A program made the position numbers and the translations under genes. From a virus (Duplodnaviria; Caudoviricetes), in IMG/VR virus record IMGVR_UViG_3300043432_000146, positions 1 to 54,613 of that record: a stretch of 54,613 nt of DNA, one strand, 5' to 3'. This document shows positions 27,348 to 38,032 of this stretch, piece by piece. The notes below the pieces were generated by a model that was given only the letters and a program-made list of their open reading frames with translations, had not been told where the DNA came from and made no database searches. Numbering within the stretch: position 1 is the stretch's first letter; the number at the start of each line of letters is the position of its first letter.

Positions 27348-28924
27348 TGGCCTTTACTCTCCTACAGGTTGGTGGAAGCTTAAAATCTGTCAATAGTACT
27401 GGAGGATTATCATCTGCCTTGACCCTTCCGAGTGGTATTACTTTAGCAACCAATAGAGTACCTAGGTTCACTAAGTTTAAGCACTTTGTGGTAGTGGTCA
27501 ATACTCCTACACAGCCCATCTCGGTTGATGATGAAGGAACTGCTAGGCTTCTGGTACCAGCTCCTCCAGTAACTCCGGTTGTACTCTCAGCTGGTGCTAG
27601 TGGAACCTTAACAGGCACATATCTTGCCCTACAGACCTATCTGCTACGAGATTCCTTGGGTAATGTCATTGCTGAATCCGACTACGGCCCAGCTATGTCT
27701 ACATCCGTTGCCATTACTAATAAAAAGCTCAATGCTGCTTTTGGTGTATCATCACAGTCAGTAGATGCAACCAGACTGTATAGAACTGCAACCCTAGGTG
27801 CTACTTATTTTAAGTGGGTTGACGTAGATGGCAATACTTTAACCTCCACAGAGAATGATTCCTCTGATGCATCATTAAGCATTATAGAGAGGCCAGCTCT
27901 AGGATCAGTGCCCGATCTTACTCTTGTTGCTGAGTGGGCTGGGCGGCTCTGGGGCGTGGATCGAGATGATGTAGATGATCTTAGGTTTACTGAGGCCGGA
28001 ACCATGTATGCTTGGTCAGCCCTGAATACCTTACCTATACCACATGTGGGATCTGATGCTGCAGGCATTACCGCCCTCATACCTAGACGGCAGGCTCTTG
28101 GTGTAACACGCCGAGATATGTTTCTCCAGATAACTGGATCTCAGCTATCTAACTTTGCTCCGGTTGTTGTCAGTGGAGGAGAACAACTAGGCTGTGTATC
28201 ACAGGAATCCGTGGTTGTCTATAATGATATTGCATACTTCTTATGGAGAGATGGTGTTTATACTTGGGATTCTACTGGAATTAACAGTATTACTAATGGT
28301 AAGGTTCGCAGCTGGTTTACATCAGATCTATATTTCAATAAAGCCATGTTCTGGAGGGCTTTTGCACAGCTTGATCCATTAAGATTACGTTATAGATTAT
28401 TTCTGGCATCAGTCGGAAGTAGTGTGGTAGACAGGTGGATTGAATATGATCTCAGCACAGGAGCATGGTTTGGTCCACATAAAACCGATGCTTTTACTCC
28501 TACCAGTGCAGTATTGATTGCTGGTACTGATCAACAGCCATATTTCATGATTGGTACTCAAGAAGGCTATCTTTCACAGGAGCAAGACGACAAGAATGAT
28601 TGGGGAATTGCGCCCATTGCATTCAGTGCCAGCACGGTGCGTAGTGACATTAACGAGCCCGATTATGAGAAGTATTTTGGTGAGGTTAGTGTGAATGGAA
28701 AGGCTGCAGCTAGTATCGTGACAGTTACACCATCAGTAGGCGGGATCGATAATGCTACAGCAGGCATCCCATTCAGCTACAATATGGCCAATGGCCGGCA
28801 GCGTTTAGGTAGAATTGGTGTAGGAAAGCAAGCATCACTGCTGTTTGAGAATAATATTATCAATCAAGATGTCACGCTGTATGGGTACGAGATTAATCCC
28901 GTACGTGTGGTAGGACGACGATAA
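27347..28924 (+). CDS. tail stabilisation/nozzle protein (P22 gp10 / T7 gp12-like)
   Basis: WAGRLW, ITALIP, GCVSQESVV, YFLWRDGVY, EKYFGEV motifs. Confidence 0.75.
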   Translation: MAFTLLQVGGSLKSVNSTGGLSSALTLPSGITLATNRVPRFTKFKHFVVVVNTPTQPISVDDEGTARLLVPAPPVTPVVLSAGASGTLTGTYLALQTYLLRDSLGNVIAESDYGPAMSTSVAITNKKLNAAFGVSSQSVDATRLYRTATLGATYFKWVDVDGNTLTSTENDSSDASLSIIERPALGSVPDLTLVAEWAGRLWGVDRDDVDDLRFTEAGTMYAWSALNTLPIPHVGSDAAGITALIPRRQALGVTRRDMFLQITGSQLSNFAPVVVSGGEQLGCVSQESVVVYNDIAYFLWRDGVYTWDSTGINSITNGKVRSWFTSDLYFNKAMFWRAFAQLDPLRLRYRLFLASVGSSVVDRWIEYDLSTGAWFGPHKTDAFTPTSAVLIAGTDQQPYFMIGTQEGYLSQEQDDKNDWGIAPIAFSASTVRSDINEPDYEKYFGEVSVNGKAAASIVTVTPSVGGIDNATAGIPFSYNMANGRQRLGRIGVGKQASLLFENNIINQDVTLYGYEINPVRVVGRR

Positions 28925-28933
28925 GGAGTTTTT

Positions 28934-29623
28934 ATGCCAGGCGCGGGTGTCAGTCTTGGAGGACCAACCAACTGGTGGACACTTCCAGAGTATGGAGGTG
29001 CTCTTCAACGGCTCGAACAACAGGCTCCGTCAGGATATGAATACGATCCAGTCCAGATGAAATATGTACGAACCCCAGCATCCATCGGAGAACGCGCACG
29101 GCAAGCCCTTGAGGGATTGACAGGCGGTGGTAGTGGCGGACTCGGTGGGATCGGCGGCGGCCTCCTTGGCGGCGGCGGAGCTGGAGGTATTGGTGGTGGT
29201 GGTAGTTATGTTTCACCTATCCAACCCCCAGATATGACTTCAGCTAATGCTGCTACCTTTGCTAGAGCTAAGGATAAAGCAGGCCAACTAGCTCGTGCTG
29301 GACTTCAATCCCTTCAGGGTGAGTTAGGGGCTCAAGGTATGCTCGGTGGTGGAGCACAAGCTCAGGCTACTCGGGATATTATTCAAACGGGTATGGGCCA
29401 GGTGGGTGATGTTTCTCGTCAGCAAGCTATTGAAGAAGCAGCACAGAAAGCTAAGTTTGCTGAGTTTGGTTATACTGGTAGTATTACACAGCGTGGTCAG
29501 GATATTCAGCTGGCTGAAGCTCAAGCAAGACTAGCTGCTGAGGAGCGTGCTAGACAATTTGATATGCTGAAGTTAATTTTAAGTGGCTTAGGTGGCGCAA
29601 TGGGTGGTGGTGGTCTGTTCTAA
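28934..29623 (+). CDS. putative DNA ejection/pilot protein
   Basis: Gly/Gln/Ala-rich, ITQRGQDI motif. Confidence 0.65.
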   Translation: MPGAGVSLGGPTNWWTLPEYGGALQRLEQQAPSGYEYDPVQMKYVRTPASIGERARQALEGLTGGGSGGLGGIGGGLLGGGGAGGIGGGGSYVSPIQPPDMTSANAATFARAKDKAGQLARAGLQSLQGELGAQGMLGGGAQAQATRDIIQTGMGQVGDVSRQQAIEEAAQKAKFAEFGYTGSITQRGQDIQLAEAQARLAAEERARQFDMLKLILSGLGGAMGGGGLF

Positions 29624-29629
29624 TTAGTC

Positions 29630-30100
29630 ATGTCATTTACCCCCAGAGCTAAACCATACTTTCTTGACTTTGGAGCCCTAGGATCTCTAGAGGATTTAAA
29701 GTCTAAGCTGCCAGAGCTATTTACTTCAGCTGACTTCATGTTTGAGCAGCTGTATAAGGATCTAGCCAGTGTTGCATCTTCTACTGGTGCAGGTAGTGTT
29801 ACCCATACAACTGGCAATTTAACTGCCAATCAACTAATTATTGGTAACGGATCAGCTGATATTAAAGCATTAGGAGATCTAGGAACCACAACAACAGTAT
29901 TGCACGGTAACGCAGCTGGAGCACCAACTTTTTCAGCAGTAAGCCTCAGTGCAGATGTGACTGGAAACCTCCCTGTGACAAATCTGAATGCTGGAACAGG
30001 TGCCTCATCCAGTACGTTCTGGCGTGGCGATGCTACCTGGGCAGTCCCAGTAGGTATTTCACAGGCCCAGGTTCTTACTAGGGTATTCCTACAAGCATAA
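29630..30100 (+). CDS. tail fibre-related protein
   Basis: [26 protein letters not shown] fibre motif. Confidence 0.7.
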   Translation: MSFTPRAKPYFLDFGALGSLEDLKSKLPELFTSADFMFEQLYKDLASVASSTGAGSVTHTTGNLTANQLIIGNGSADIKALGDLGTTTTVLHGNAAGAPTFSAVSLSADVTGNLPVTNLNAGTGASSSTFWRGDATWAVPVGISQAQVLTRVFLQA

Positions 30101-30104
30101 TACA

Positions 30105-30452
30105 ATGATCATCCTAGATGCCACAACGAAATCATTAGAGATAAAGCTTGCCGGAGCTATCACAACTAACCAGCTGCCCTGGACAGTTGCTTATATAGAC
30201 TATCTGGATTCAGATCAATCCGTCAGTGATATTGCTGGGAATGATGGGGCGACGAATAACACAACAGCCGTGACGATGGTGGCGGCTCCTGCCGCGAGTC
30301 ATACCCGGCATATCAAGCGTATCACAGTCTGGAACAAGGATACCGCCGCCGTGACGGTTACTCTTCAAGTCAATGACAACGGGACTGCTAGGGAATTGTA
30401 TAAAATCACTCTCGCGGTCGGTGACAATCTGATTGACGATCCGGAATCCTAA
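30105..30452 (+). CDS. tail fibre N-terminal/adaptor module
   Basis: 115 aa, beta-rich; precedes two fibre genes. Confidence 0.65.
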   Translation: MIILDATTKSLEIKLAGAITTNQLPWTVAYIDYLDSDQSVSDIAGNDGATNNTTAVTMVAAPAASHTRHIKRITVWNKDTAAVTVTLQVNDNGTARELYKITLAVGDNLIDDPES

Positions 30453-30454
30453 TC

Positions 30455-31390
30455 ATGCTGTACGTGCTTGATTCTGGCGGGAACCTCAAGCGCAACTCTG
30501 CGTCGCTGCCTGATCCGGTGACCATTCCACACGGAGGCACAGGTGTCACGACGCTGACGAATCACGGTGTCGTTATTGGACAAGCAGCCGCAGCGCTGGT
30601 TGCCAGCAGTGCGGGGACCGCCGGGCAGACGCTCCGCAGTGGTGGTGCCAGCGCCGACCCAGCATTTGCCGCCACGTGGTCCTACGTCTCATCGACCGTT
30701 ACCGGCACGCAAAACAACTATGCCCTTGGGTTCACTGGTGATGGTATAATCAACTGGTCGGGCGCGAGCGATGCCACGTTTACGGGGTTTGCTGCCGGTA
30801 CGACCGGCCAGCACGTCACGGTGAAGAATACCGGCAGTAAGGTCGCTTACTTCACACATAATAGCGGATCGTCGTCGGCCGGCAATAAGCTGTTCAATCT
30901 CGTTACGAGCGGCATCACACCCGTGGCGCCCGGCGGGTTTATTACTTATTTCTATGATGAGACACAATGGCAGATTGTCGATCACGAACAAGGGGCGTGG
31001 ATTACGATTCCCTTTGTGGCGGGTGATTGGATTTGCAGCGGATCGATGACGATCACGATGGATGCAGGTGATGTGCTTACGGATGCCTACCTAATCCAGG
31101 GAAAAACCTTTCACTATTCGTTCTTTTACAATGGTTTTACGTTGGGCGGCACCGCCCATCAACAGGTGAGGCGGCTGGTGCCCAACAATTACACCTTTAC
31201 GGTCTCTGGTACCGGAAGCGGTGGGCCGTTGCGCGTGTATGACAACGGCACGTATCGGATCGGATTTGGATTCGTCTATACGTCAACAGACACGACTCAC
31301 ATGATATTTACGATCTACGATTTGTCGAACTTTGCCTTGTCCACCAATAACAGCGGATTGTTTGGGTTTTTGGAATTTGAAATCGATTGA
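30455..31390 (+). CDS. tail fibre / receptor-binding protein 1
   Basis: VTIPHGGTG, GQTLRSGG..ADPAF motifs. Confidence 0.75.
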   Translation: MLYVLDSGGNLKRNSASLPDPVTIPHGGTGVTTLTNHGVVIGQAAAALVASSAGTAGQTLRSGGASADPAFAATWSYVSSTVTGTQNNYALGFTGDGIINWSGASDATFTGFAAGTTGQHVTVKNTGSKVAYFTHNSGSSSAGNKLFNLVTSGITPVAPGGFITYFYDETQWQIVDHEQGAWITIPFVAGDWICSGSMTITMDAGDVLTDAYLIQGKTFHYSFFYNGFTLGGTAHQQVRRLVPNNYTFTVSGTGSGGPLRVYDNGTYRIGFGFVYTSTDTTHMIFTIYDLSNFALSTNNSGLFGFLEFEID

Positions 31391-31393
31391 TTT

Positions 31394-32392
31394 ATGGCGC
31401 TCTATATCCTTGATGCCAACGGCAATCTCAAAGAAAGCCAAGCCGGGATTTTTCCTACAACGGCCAATCAGGGTGATCTGTTTTACGGATCGGCCACGAA
31501 CACCATTTCGGCCCTAGCTAAGAATGCTTCTAGTACCCGTTACCTCAGCAATACTGGTGGATCGAATAATCCAGCGTGGGCACAAGTGGATCTCTCAAAT
31601 GGTGTCACCGCAAACCTGCCGGTTGGTAATCTTGGCAGTGGCACCAATGCCTCGTCATCGACCTTTTGGCGCGGTGATGCTACCTGGGCAATTCCTGGGG
31701 CCAACGGCGATATGGTCTGGACGGCTTCACGAGTGGGATGGGCTTTTCCATCGGCAGTGCTGGGCGGGGGGATTACGTATCCATTTGCGGGAACAAACTC
31801 CGCACCAGCCGGAATATCTGCCGGATCCGCTAGTGTGCCTGCCATCAACGAGACCGCAACCACAGCCGAAGCTGACGCGAATGGCACAACGACCAACAAT
31901 AATGGCAGCGGCGTCACCGTCATGAACGCCCTCGGTTATGCGGAGTGGAACCCGACGATCACAGTCTATGTGCGAACCGGCACCGATGTCTCTGCACAGC
32001 GTGTATGGGTAGGATTGTTTGGCACGAGTATCAGTACGGCTGGGGTGTATTCATCGGACACGTTGGGATCGATTACCGCCGCCATTACCTTTCGCTATTC
32101 CACCAATGCGGGTGACACTGGGTGGGTGGGGCTGTGCAAGAATGGCGCGGCCAGCCAGACGGTCAGCAGTGTCGTAGCCGCCGTCGCAGCCAATACGGTG
32201 TATAAACTCCGTATCGCAGTCACGGGTACATCATCCGTGAGTTTCACCGTCAATGATGGTACGCCACAGACCGTGGCGGCGACCATTCCCGCCACGTCCA
32301 GGATGGCGCTGCAATTGTTTATTGCGTGTGTCGGATCGCCAGGCACGGCCCAGCACCTCTATTTGCAAAAAGCTTCGTGGGTGACAAACTAG
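31394..32392 (+). CDS. tail fibre / receptor-binding protein 2
   Basis: [19 protein letters not shown]; lectin-like C-terminal domain. Confidence 0.75.
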   Translation: MALYILDANGNLKESQAGIFPTTANQGDLFYGSATNTISALAKNASSTRYLSNTGGSNNPAWAQVDLSNGVTANLPVGNLGSGTNASSSTFWRGDATWAIPGANGDMVWTASRVGWAFPSAVLGGGITYPFAGTNSAPAGISAGSASVPAINETATTAEADANGTTTNNNGSGVTVMNALGYAEWNPTITVYVRTGTDVSAQRVWVGLFGTSISTAGVYSSDTLGSITAAITFRYSTNAGDTGWVGLCKNGAASQTVSSVVAAVAANTVYKLRIAVTGTSSVSFTVNDGTPQTVAATIPATSRMALQLFIACVGSPGTAQHLYLQKASWVTN

Positions 32393-32467
32393 ACATGGTG
32401 TTCTTAGTCCCCCAAGCCGTTGGACAAATCATCCCGGCAATAACTTAATAATCTAGGGAAACATGAT

Positions 32468-32890
32468 ATGGATGACAATCGCAGTGATACAGCTAAACTA
32501 AAAGCTATCTATGCTCTATGGCAACAGTATCCAGGACGTGCGCCAGGTGGATCAGGTCCAACTGGAATAGAATATACATCTTTTATGGGTGGTATGGATC
32601 CCAATATTGCCCAGGAATGGTCTGATATTCTTAACCAGCAAACTGAAGCTCTAAATCTGTCTAATAAGCTGCAGGGCAAACCATCAGTAACTGTCAGGCA
32701 GGCTCCCTTTAGTGAGCGTCATATCCCAGCTATGCGGGGATTACAGGATGCGGGTACGCCTGAGCCTTGGAGCTTAGGTCGAGGTATGGATAATCCTTAC
32801 AGCTCTGCGGAAACTGAGCTGGAAGCAAGAAAAAGACAATCAGTGGGTAATCCAGCTTCCCCGTTCTATAAGCCTGCTCCTTGGAGCTAA
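32468..32890 (+). CDS. hypothetical (internal virion) protein
   Basis: 140-aa ORF before ejection-like genes. Confidence 0.65.
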   Translation: MDDNRSDTAKLKAIYALWQQYPGRAPGGSGPTGIEYTSFMGGMDPNIAQEWSDILNQQTEALNLSNKLQGKPSVTVRQAPFSERHIPAMRGLQDAGTPEPWSLGRGMDNPYSSAETELEARKRQSVGNPASPFYKPAPWS

Positions 32891-32912
32891 TTGAATACGG
32901 ATTGGTATAATT

Positions 32913-33770
32913 ATGGCATACGATAACCTCTCTTCTATCTTAGGTTTGCCACTATCAGGACGCAAGATTATAGACCCTGGTGAGACTGATCCCTATATGG
33001 ATCCTGCTGTCCGCTTAGCTTCTCTAAGAAAGCAGCGAGCTGAGGAACTATCTCGTTATGGTACAGGTCCATCTGCTGCTAAAGAATTATCTTCATTAGA
33101 ACGGGATATTGCTGAAGATCCATATACAGGAACTGCTGCCCATGAAAAAGTAGCTGCTATCCAAGATGCTCTAACCAAAGCTAGTCTATATGAACGCCCA
33201 GAGATTGCAGGCCCCCGCCGAGAACAGCAGGCTTTTGAGCTGAGTAAAGAAGAGGCTCCTGCTAGGATGGCTGGTGAGTATGGAATGAGGCAGGCTGAGG
33301 AAGCTACCAGACGAGCTATGGAAGTAGAACAAGAAAAACAACGGGGTCGCACCACTGCTTATGGTGCTCTTATTGGAGCCTTAGGGGGTGACCTAAAGCC
33401 AGGTGCTCATCTTAGCCTATCTGATGTTGGCAGTGTAACTATCCCTGCCGAGAAGCGAGCTATTGATCCTGGGGTTCTAAATAAGCTAGCGGCAGCTAGA
33501 CAGAACTTGGCAAAAGCCCAACAGCAATCATGGTGGTGGCAGAAAGGTAAAGAGCCAGAGCGTGAGCAGGTTAGACAATTGGTGGCTGGGGCTATTGCTA
33601 ATCATCCTGCTAATGAAGATGTAAAGTGGTTAGCTAGAGATATTCTTACAGATCCTGCTACTAAGAACATGGATATTGATTCGGCACTTGAAGCTAAAGG
33701 CCAGACCCAGCTTACTGATGAGGAACACTCTCATCTTAGTGAATTGTTACAGATCTATAGAGGCTACTAA
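32913..33770 (+). CDS. putative internal virion/ejection protein
   Basis: Helical, Ala/Glu-rich; position. Confidence 0.65.
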   Translation: MAYDNLSSILGLPLSGRKIIDPGETDPYMDPAVRLASLRKQRAEELSRYGTGPSAAKELSSLERDIAEDPYTGTAAHEKVAAIQDALTKASLYERPEIAGPRREQQAFELSKEEAPARMAGEYGMRQAEEATRRAMEVEQEKQRGRTTAYGALIGALGGDLKPGAHLSLSDVGSVTIPAEKRAIDPGVLNKLAAARQNLAKAQQQSWWWQKGKEPEREQVRQLVAGAIANHPANEDVKWLARDILTDPATKNMDIDSALEAKGQTQLTDEEHSHLSELLQIYRGY

Positions 33771-36700
33771 TGCCTGTTATTCGTACTAAACCCACAACAC
33801 CCCCACCAGCAGATATAGATCTAGATCAAACTGCTACTACTGATGAGGCATCTCAACCATCTCTCTATGAGCGGTTGGGCGGACTCCGAGGTATCGGAGC
33901 TGGTGGTATCAGGGGCTTAGCTGGTTTGCTGGGACTAGAGGGTGGCTGGCCGGGTGCAGCTATCGGTGGCGTGGGTGAAGCTGCAGCTGAGCTGGTTGGC
34001 GGAGAACCACTTAGTCTTAGCAGAATTGGTACAGAAGCTGGTATTAGTGCTGTACCTATGGCGAAGATTTTCAAGGCAGGCAGACCTGTTTATTCAGCCG
34101 TTCGTGGCGGTCTGATGGGTGCTGGGAGTGAAGCGGTTAGAGAATTAGCAAAAGGCCAAGAGATAGATCCTAGTGAGATTACTACCAGAGGTTTGACCGC
34201 TGGTGCTTTTGGTGGTTTGCTAGGTCTCATTCCTGGAAAGGCAGCCCCCAGATTTACTACTAAAGAAGAATATGAGAAGTTTAAGGAAGCTGCTGCCAAG
34301 GCTCCCAAACCTACTACATATGAAGTAGAGACTACTACTATCCCTGGTGGTCGAGTACTTACTGGCGGGAAGCTCACCACTAAGCGTGGAGCACCTGTAC
34401 TTACTGGTGCTAAAGTCGGTGTAGGTGACCAGCCTAGACCGATTGTTAGTCCCGGCAAGCGTATAGAGGTTGAGCCCCAACCCTACGAATCAGCCACTCC
34501 CCCAACTGAAGCTAGAGTACCCTATGGTGGCATGCCAACTCCTATGACAGCTCGCAGAGAGAGGCTGGCTGCGAAAGATATTGCTGCTGAAGCCAAAGCT
34601 GCTAGGGAAGCGGCTAAGCGAGCTGAAGAAGCATCCAAGACTGCTCGCATAGAGCAAATGATTGAGAAAGGTAAGTTAGTGCCCGGTAAGCCAGCTATCC
34701 GAGAATCTGTTGCAGCCCGCTTACCTGGAGGAGATCGTCTCAGTGCCACTACACGTTATACTGCTCCTAAAGCTATTGAGGGCAGTAACCGCTCATTAGG
34801 AGAAAAGCTAGCTGATACTCCTGCGGAAGCAAGCAGAGTACAACAGGAAACCCTGCGACCCCCATCAGCTATAGAAACAATCTCAGAGCCCCAGGCCCCC
34901 AAAGCCCATATTGAAGCTCAAGTACCAGCAGAAGCTGATGTAACACCTGATACTACTGCTTACTCATGGGCTAGTGATCCAGTTAGAGCTGCGAGAGCAG
35001 AAGCTATGAAGGTCCAACGGACCCGTAAAGCTACTCTTCCTGCTCAGGGGCTAGCTACAGCTCCAGCAGCTGTTGGTGCAGAGACAGCAGCTCCGACAGC
35101 TACGTATGCAGGCGAATGGGGACTAGGTGGAGGATCTATCTATAACATAGAAGGTGGACCTCTGCATGGATCTACAGTAGGTGCCGAAGACCTTCAAAGG
35201 ATGGGGATTGCTGTTCCAGAGCAGCCAACCCAAGCTCCATCAGCACTAGCCCAATTCTTTAAAACTAGAACTGGAGCTACTGGTAAAGCGTATAGATTAG
35301 CTCAGGAAGCTGAGAAAGCTGGTACTGGTAGTCCTATAGCTACTCAATTAGGTAGAGAGTCAGCTAGAGAGATTCATCTGAGAGAAATTGCAGCTAAGAA
35401 GGGTGCTCAAACAGTAACAGCTGCTGAACCAGCTATTGAGACTGGAGCAAAAGAAACTCCTGATTGGGTAAAAGAACAGCTAAGCATTGTAGATAGGCTC
35501 TCCAAATTAGCGAAAGAAGAATCTGGTGGTATGGATCCCAGACTAGCCATGAGATTAGGTCTGGGGGCTGCTGGAGCTGCTGCTGGAGCTGCGTTTGATC
35601 CGTTTGATGATCCCATAGCTAGTGCAATTGCAGGTGGAGCATTAGGGGCAATATCACCAGATATTATCAATAAACTTGGCTCTATGCGCTCCCCTGATGC
35701 TATTCAGCAAGTTCAAGAAACTACAGGTGAAAATACAAAAAGCATGGCTAGGAAGATCTTTGAATTCCTACCACAGCTGCAGAGATTCAATTATTTGGCA
35801 AGTTGGACTGGTTTGCCTGCTAATGCTCTAGCTGGACCATATGGATCTGCTTTATTTGCCTCTCTTGAGTCTTCTCTAGCTGGTGATCCGAGAGGTACAG
35901 CAGCTCTTAAACATCTTGCTAACCCCATTAACTTCATCAAAGAGCTTAAAGGAGCATGGCCAGAAGCTACTGAGCTGATTGGTAGAGCAGAGGGTAGACC
36001 GCTTGTTGGGCCAGGAGAACACCCAATTACAGCTATTACCAATCATCCTGAAAAGATCACTGAGGTACCTGGTGCTATGATGACTACGGGCGACGTAGCA
36101 GCTCGTAGAATTCTGGAGCGATTTGGGTTTTCTCCTGAGGAAGCTCGGGTAATTACACTTACCTCTGAACCTGAATTGATGCCTTCAGTCGCTCGGTTAG
36201 GTAAGGGTGCTGGCGCTTTAGAACCGCTGGTCCAGCTCATGTTTCCATTCAAGCGGACACCTGTGAATATTTTGGAGCAAGGTATAAAACGGCTTCCAGG
36301 TATTGGTGGATTGGTCCCACAGAATAAGATCGTAGCAGATTCTATGCGATTACGTCTTACCCAGCAAGGTCTTGGGGCTGCTGTAGGAGCTGGTGGCTAT
36401 GCAGTTGGTTCTTCAGTAGATCCTGAAACAGCTAAATGGTTACGTAGATATGTTAGTAACTTTGGTGGTCAGTACAGCCTTCCAGCATCTTTAGGCTTCT
36501 CAGCTGGTCAAGCTGTTCGAGCAGGTAAACCTGCTATCACCGGTGCAATCAAGGAAATCCCCCGCTCATTCCCACTACCTACCACAGAACCTATAACAGA
36601 ATGGGCAAAATTTATAACTGATCCATCAGTAAAAACTATACCTAGAGGAGCTTATCCAGTAGCAGTTAAAGAAGAGCCCAATATTTTGAAAATGTTAGGT

Positions 36701-36775
36701 ATAGGTCAACAAGCTGAGGAAGATCTTTTCGCACCCGCAGAACTTGATAATCTATTTGGACCCCCTCGGAGATAA
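33770..36775 (+). CDS. large internal virion/DNA ejection protein
   Basis: 1001 aa, Gly/Ala-rich hydrophobic segments, MFPFKRTPVNI motif; position at end of virion block. Confidence 0.7.
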   Translation: MPVIRTKPTTPPPADIDLDQTATTDEASQPSLYERLGGLRGIGAGGIRGLAGLLGLEGGWPGAAIGGVGEAAAELVGGEPLSLSRIGTEAGISAVPMAKIFKAGRPVYSAVRGGLMGAGSEAVRELAKGQEIDPSEITTRGLTAGAFGGLLGLIPGKAAPRFTTKEEYEKFKEAAAKAPKPTTYEVETTTIPGGRVLTGGKLTTKRGAPVLTGAKVGVGDQPRPIVSPGKRIEVEPQPYESATPPTEARVPYGGMPTPMTARRERLAAKDIAAEAKAAREAAKRAEEASKTARIEQMIEKGKLVPGKPAIRESVAARLPGGDRLSATTRYTAPKAIEGSNRSLGEKLADTPAEASRVQQETLRPPSAIETISEPQAPKAHIEAQVPAEADVTPDTTAYSWASDPVRAARAEAMKVQRTRKATLPAQGLATAPAAVGAETAAPTATYAGEWGLGGGSIYNIEGGPLHGSTVGAEDLQRMGIAVPEQPTQAPSALAQFFKTRTGATGKAYRLAQEAEKAGTGSPIATQLGRESAREIHLREIAAKKGAQTVTAAEPAIETGAKETPDWVKEQLSIVDRLSKLAKEESGGMDPRLAMRLGLGAAGAAAGAAFDPFDDPIASAIAGGALGAISPDIINKLGSMRSPDAIQQVQETTGENTKSMARKIFEFLPQLQRFNYLASWTGLPANALAGPYGSALFASLESSLAGDPRGTAALKHLANPINFIKELKGAWPEATELIGRAEGRPLVGPGEHPITAITNHPEKITEVPGAMMTTGDVAARRILERFGFSPEEARVITLTSEPELMPSVARLGKGAGALEPLVQLMFPFKRTPVNILEQGIKRLPGIGGLVPQNKIVADSMRLRLTQQGLGAAVGAGGYAVGSSVDPETAKWLRRYVSNFGGQYSLPASLGFSAGQAVRAGKPAITGAIKEIPRSFPLPTTEPITEWAKFITDPSVKTIPRGAYPVAVKEEPNILKMLGIGQQAEEDLFAPAELDNLFGPPRR

Positions 36776-36777
36776 TT

Positions 36778-37005
36778 ATGTTGGATTCGATGACGACAGT
36801 GATTGGTACAGCGGTTCTTGGTATAGCTGGCTGGGCAGTACGTTTAGAGTCCAGGATCAGTGGTCAAGATATCAGGCATCAAGATCTTAAGGAACTTATT
36901 GAGACTAAGTTTAAGGGCGCCGATGATAAGATCGACGCAAAATTTGCTGGTATGGATGCTAGGCTCCAAAGAATTGAACAAGCTTTGAATGGCAAGCTGC
37001 GCTAA
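36778..37005 (+). CDS. holin-like / TM-coiled-coil protein
   Basis: N-terminal TM plus coiled coil directly before the endolysin. Confidence 0.55.
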   Translation: MLDSMTTVIGTAVLGIAGWAVRLESRISGQDIRHQDLKELIETKFKGADDKIDAKFAGMDARLQRIEQALNGKLR

Positions 37006-37016
37006 TCGGAGGTACT

Positions 37017-37490
37017 ATGGCCGACGTAATTGATGATCTCCTGAAACGGGAAGGTGGGTTGGTTGATAATCCTGCTGATAAGGGTGGTAGGACAGCTTAT
37101 GGCATTTCCGAGAAAGCCAACCCAGAGGCTTGGGCTGATGGTAAGGTAACTTCCGAGGAAGCCAAAGCTATATATACAAAGAAGTATATTCAAGGTCCAG
37201 GTTTTGACAAATTGCCTGATAGTAAGCTCAGGACTCAGCTCATAGATTTTGGTGTTAATTCTGGTCCAGGAATAGCTATTATCAGGCTGCAGGAAATCAT
37301 TGGTGTGGAGGCAGATGGAGTTCTTGGTCCTCAGACCGTAGCTGTCCTTAGCAAATTCAATTCTGATGCTGTCAATAATGCCCTGGTCATTGCAAGGATT
37401 AGGATGATCTGCAGAATTGTCAAGAAGAACCCTTCCCAGCTAGCTTTCCTTCTGGGCTGGATAGATAGAGCTTTAAGCTTTTTGGTATAG
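37017..37490 (+). CDS. endolysin, glycoside hydrolase family 108 with peptidoglycan-binding domain
   Basis: REGGLVDNPADKGGRTAYGI, DFGVNSG, DGVLGPQT, FLLGWIDRA. Confidence 0.92.
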   Translation: MADVIDDLLKREGGLVDNPADKGGRTAYGISEKANPEAWADGKVTSEEAKAIYTKKYIQGPGFDKLPDSKLRTQLIDFGVNSGPGIAIIRLQEIIGVEADGVLGPQTVAVLSKFNSDAVNNALVIARIRMICRIVKKNPSQLAFLLGWIDRALSFLV

Positions 37491-37523
37491 GATAGTAAAC
37501 ATTACAGAAATGGAGTAGATGAC

Positions 37524-38024
37524 ATGGCATGGTGGAATGAACCTTTGGTCCCGGAAGCCCCTGTTCGTAGGGCACAGGAAGCTATTGATACACCTACAGT
37601 TGGCAGGCAGCCTTGGGAAGCTCGACTTAGGGGTTTTGGGGCTGGTGCCTTAGAAGGTCTTAGAGGCTTGACTGGTCCTATTGAATTAGCTGGTATAGCT
37701 GGATTAGGTCTTGGTGGTGTAGCTGCACTACGGGGAGCTGGGGAAGCTGCAGAGATGGCCCCAGCAGTGGCCAGTAGGATGTCTGAGCTTATCCAGGGTG
37801 GCCAACAGGCCAGGACAGCAGCTAGGATGGCCGAGCTGATTAAAAGTGCTCCTAAGGCCATTCAGGGCCTTTCTGACCTATCTGTAGTAGAGCCTGCAGC
37901 TGAAGTTGGTCAAGTAGCCCCATCAGCCGGTGAGGTTACTGATATCCTCAGCTCTCTCCAGGGCCGCCTAGGACAGCTTCCTCAGGCCCGGTTCCCTAAG
38001 GGTCTACCTGGGCGGGTTAGATAA
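37524..38024 (+). CDS. hypothetical Gly/Ala-rich protein (virion-like)
   Basis: RGFGAGALEGLRGL resembles the N-terminus of 33770..36775. Confidence 0.6.
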   Translation: MAWWNEPLVPEAPVRRAQEAIDTPTVGRQPWEARLRGFGAGALEGLRGLTGPIELAGIAGLGLGGVAALRGAGEAAEMAPAVASRMSELIQGGQQARTAARMAELIKSAPKAIQGLSDLSVVEPAAEVGQVAPSAGEVTDILSSLQGRLGQLPQARFPKGLPGRVR

Positions 38025-38032
38025 CCTCCGGG

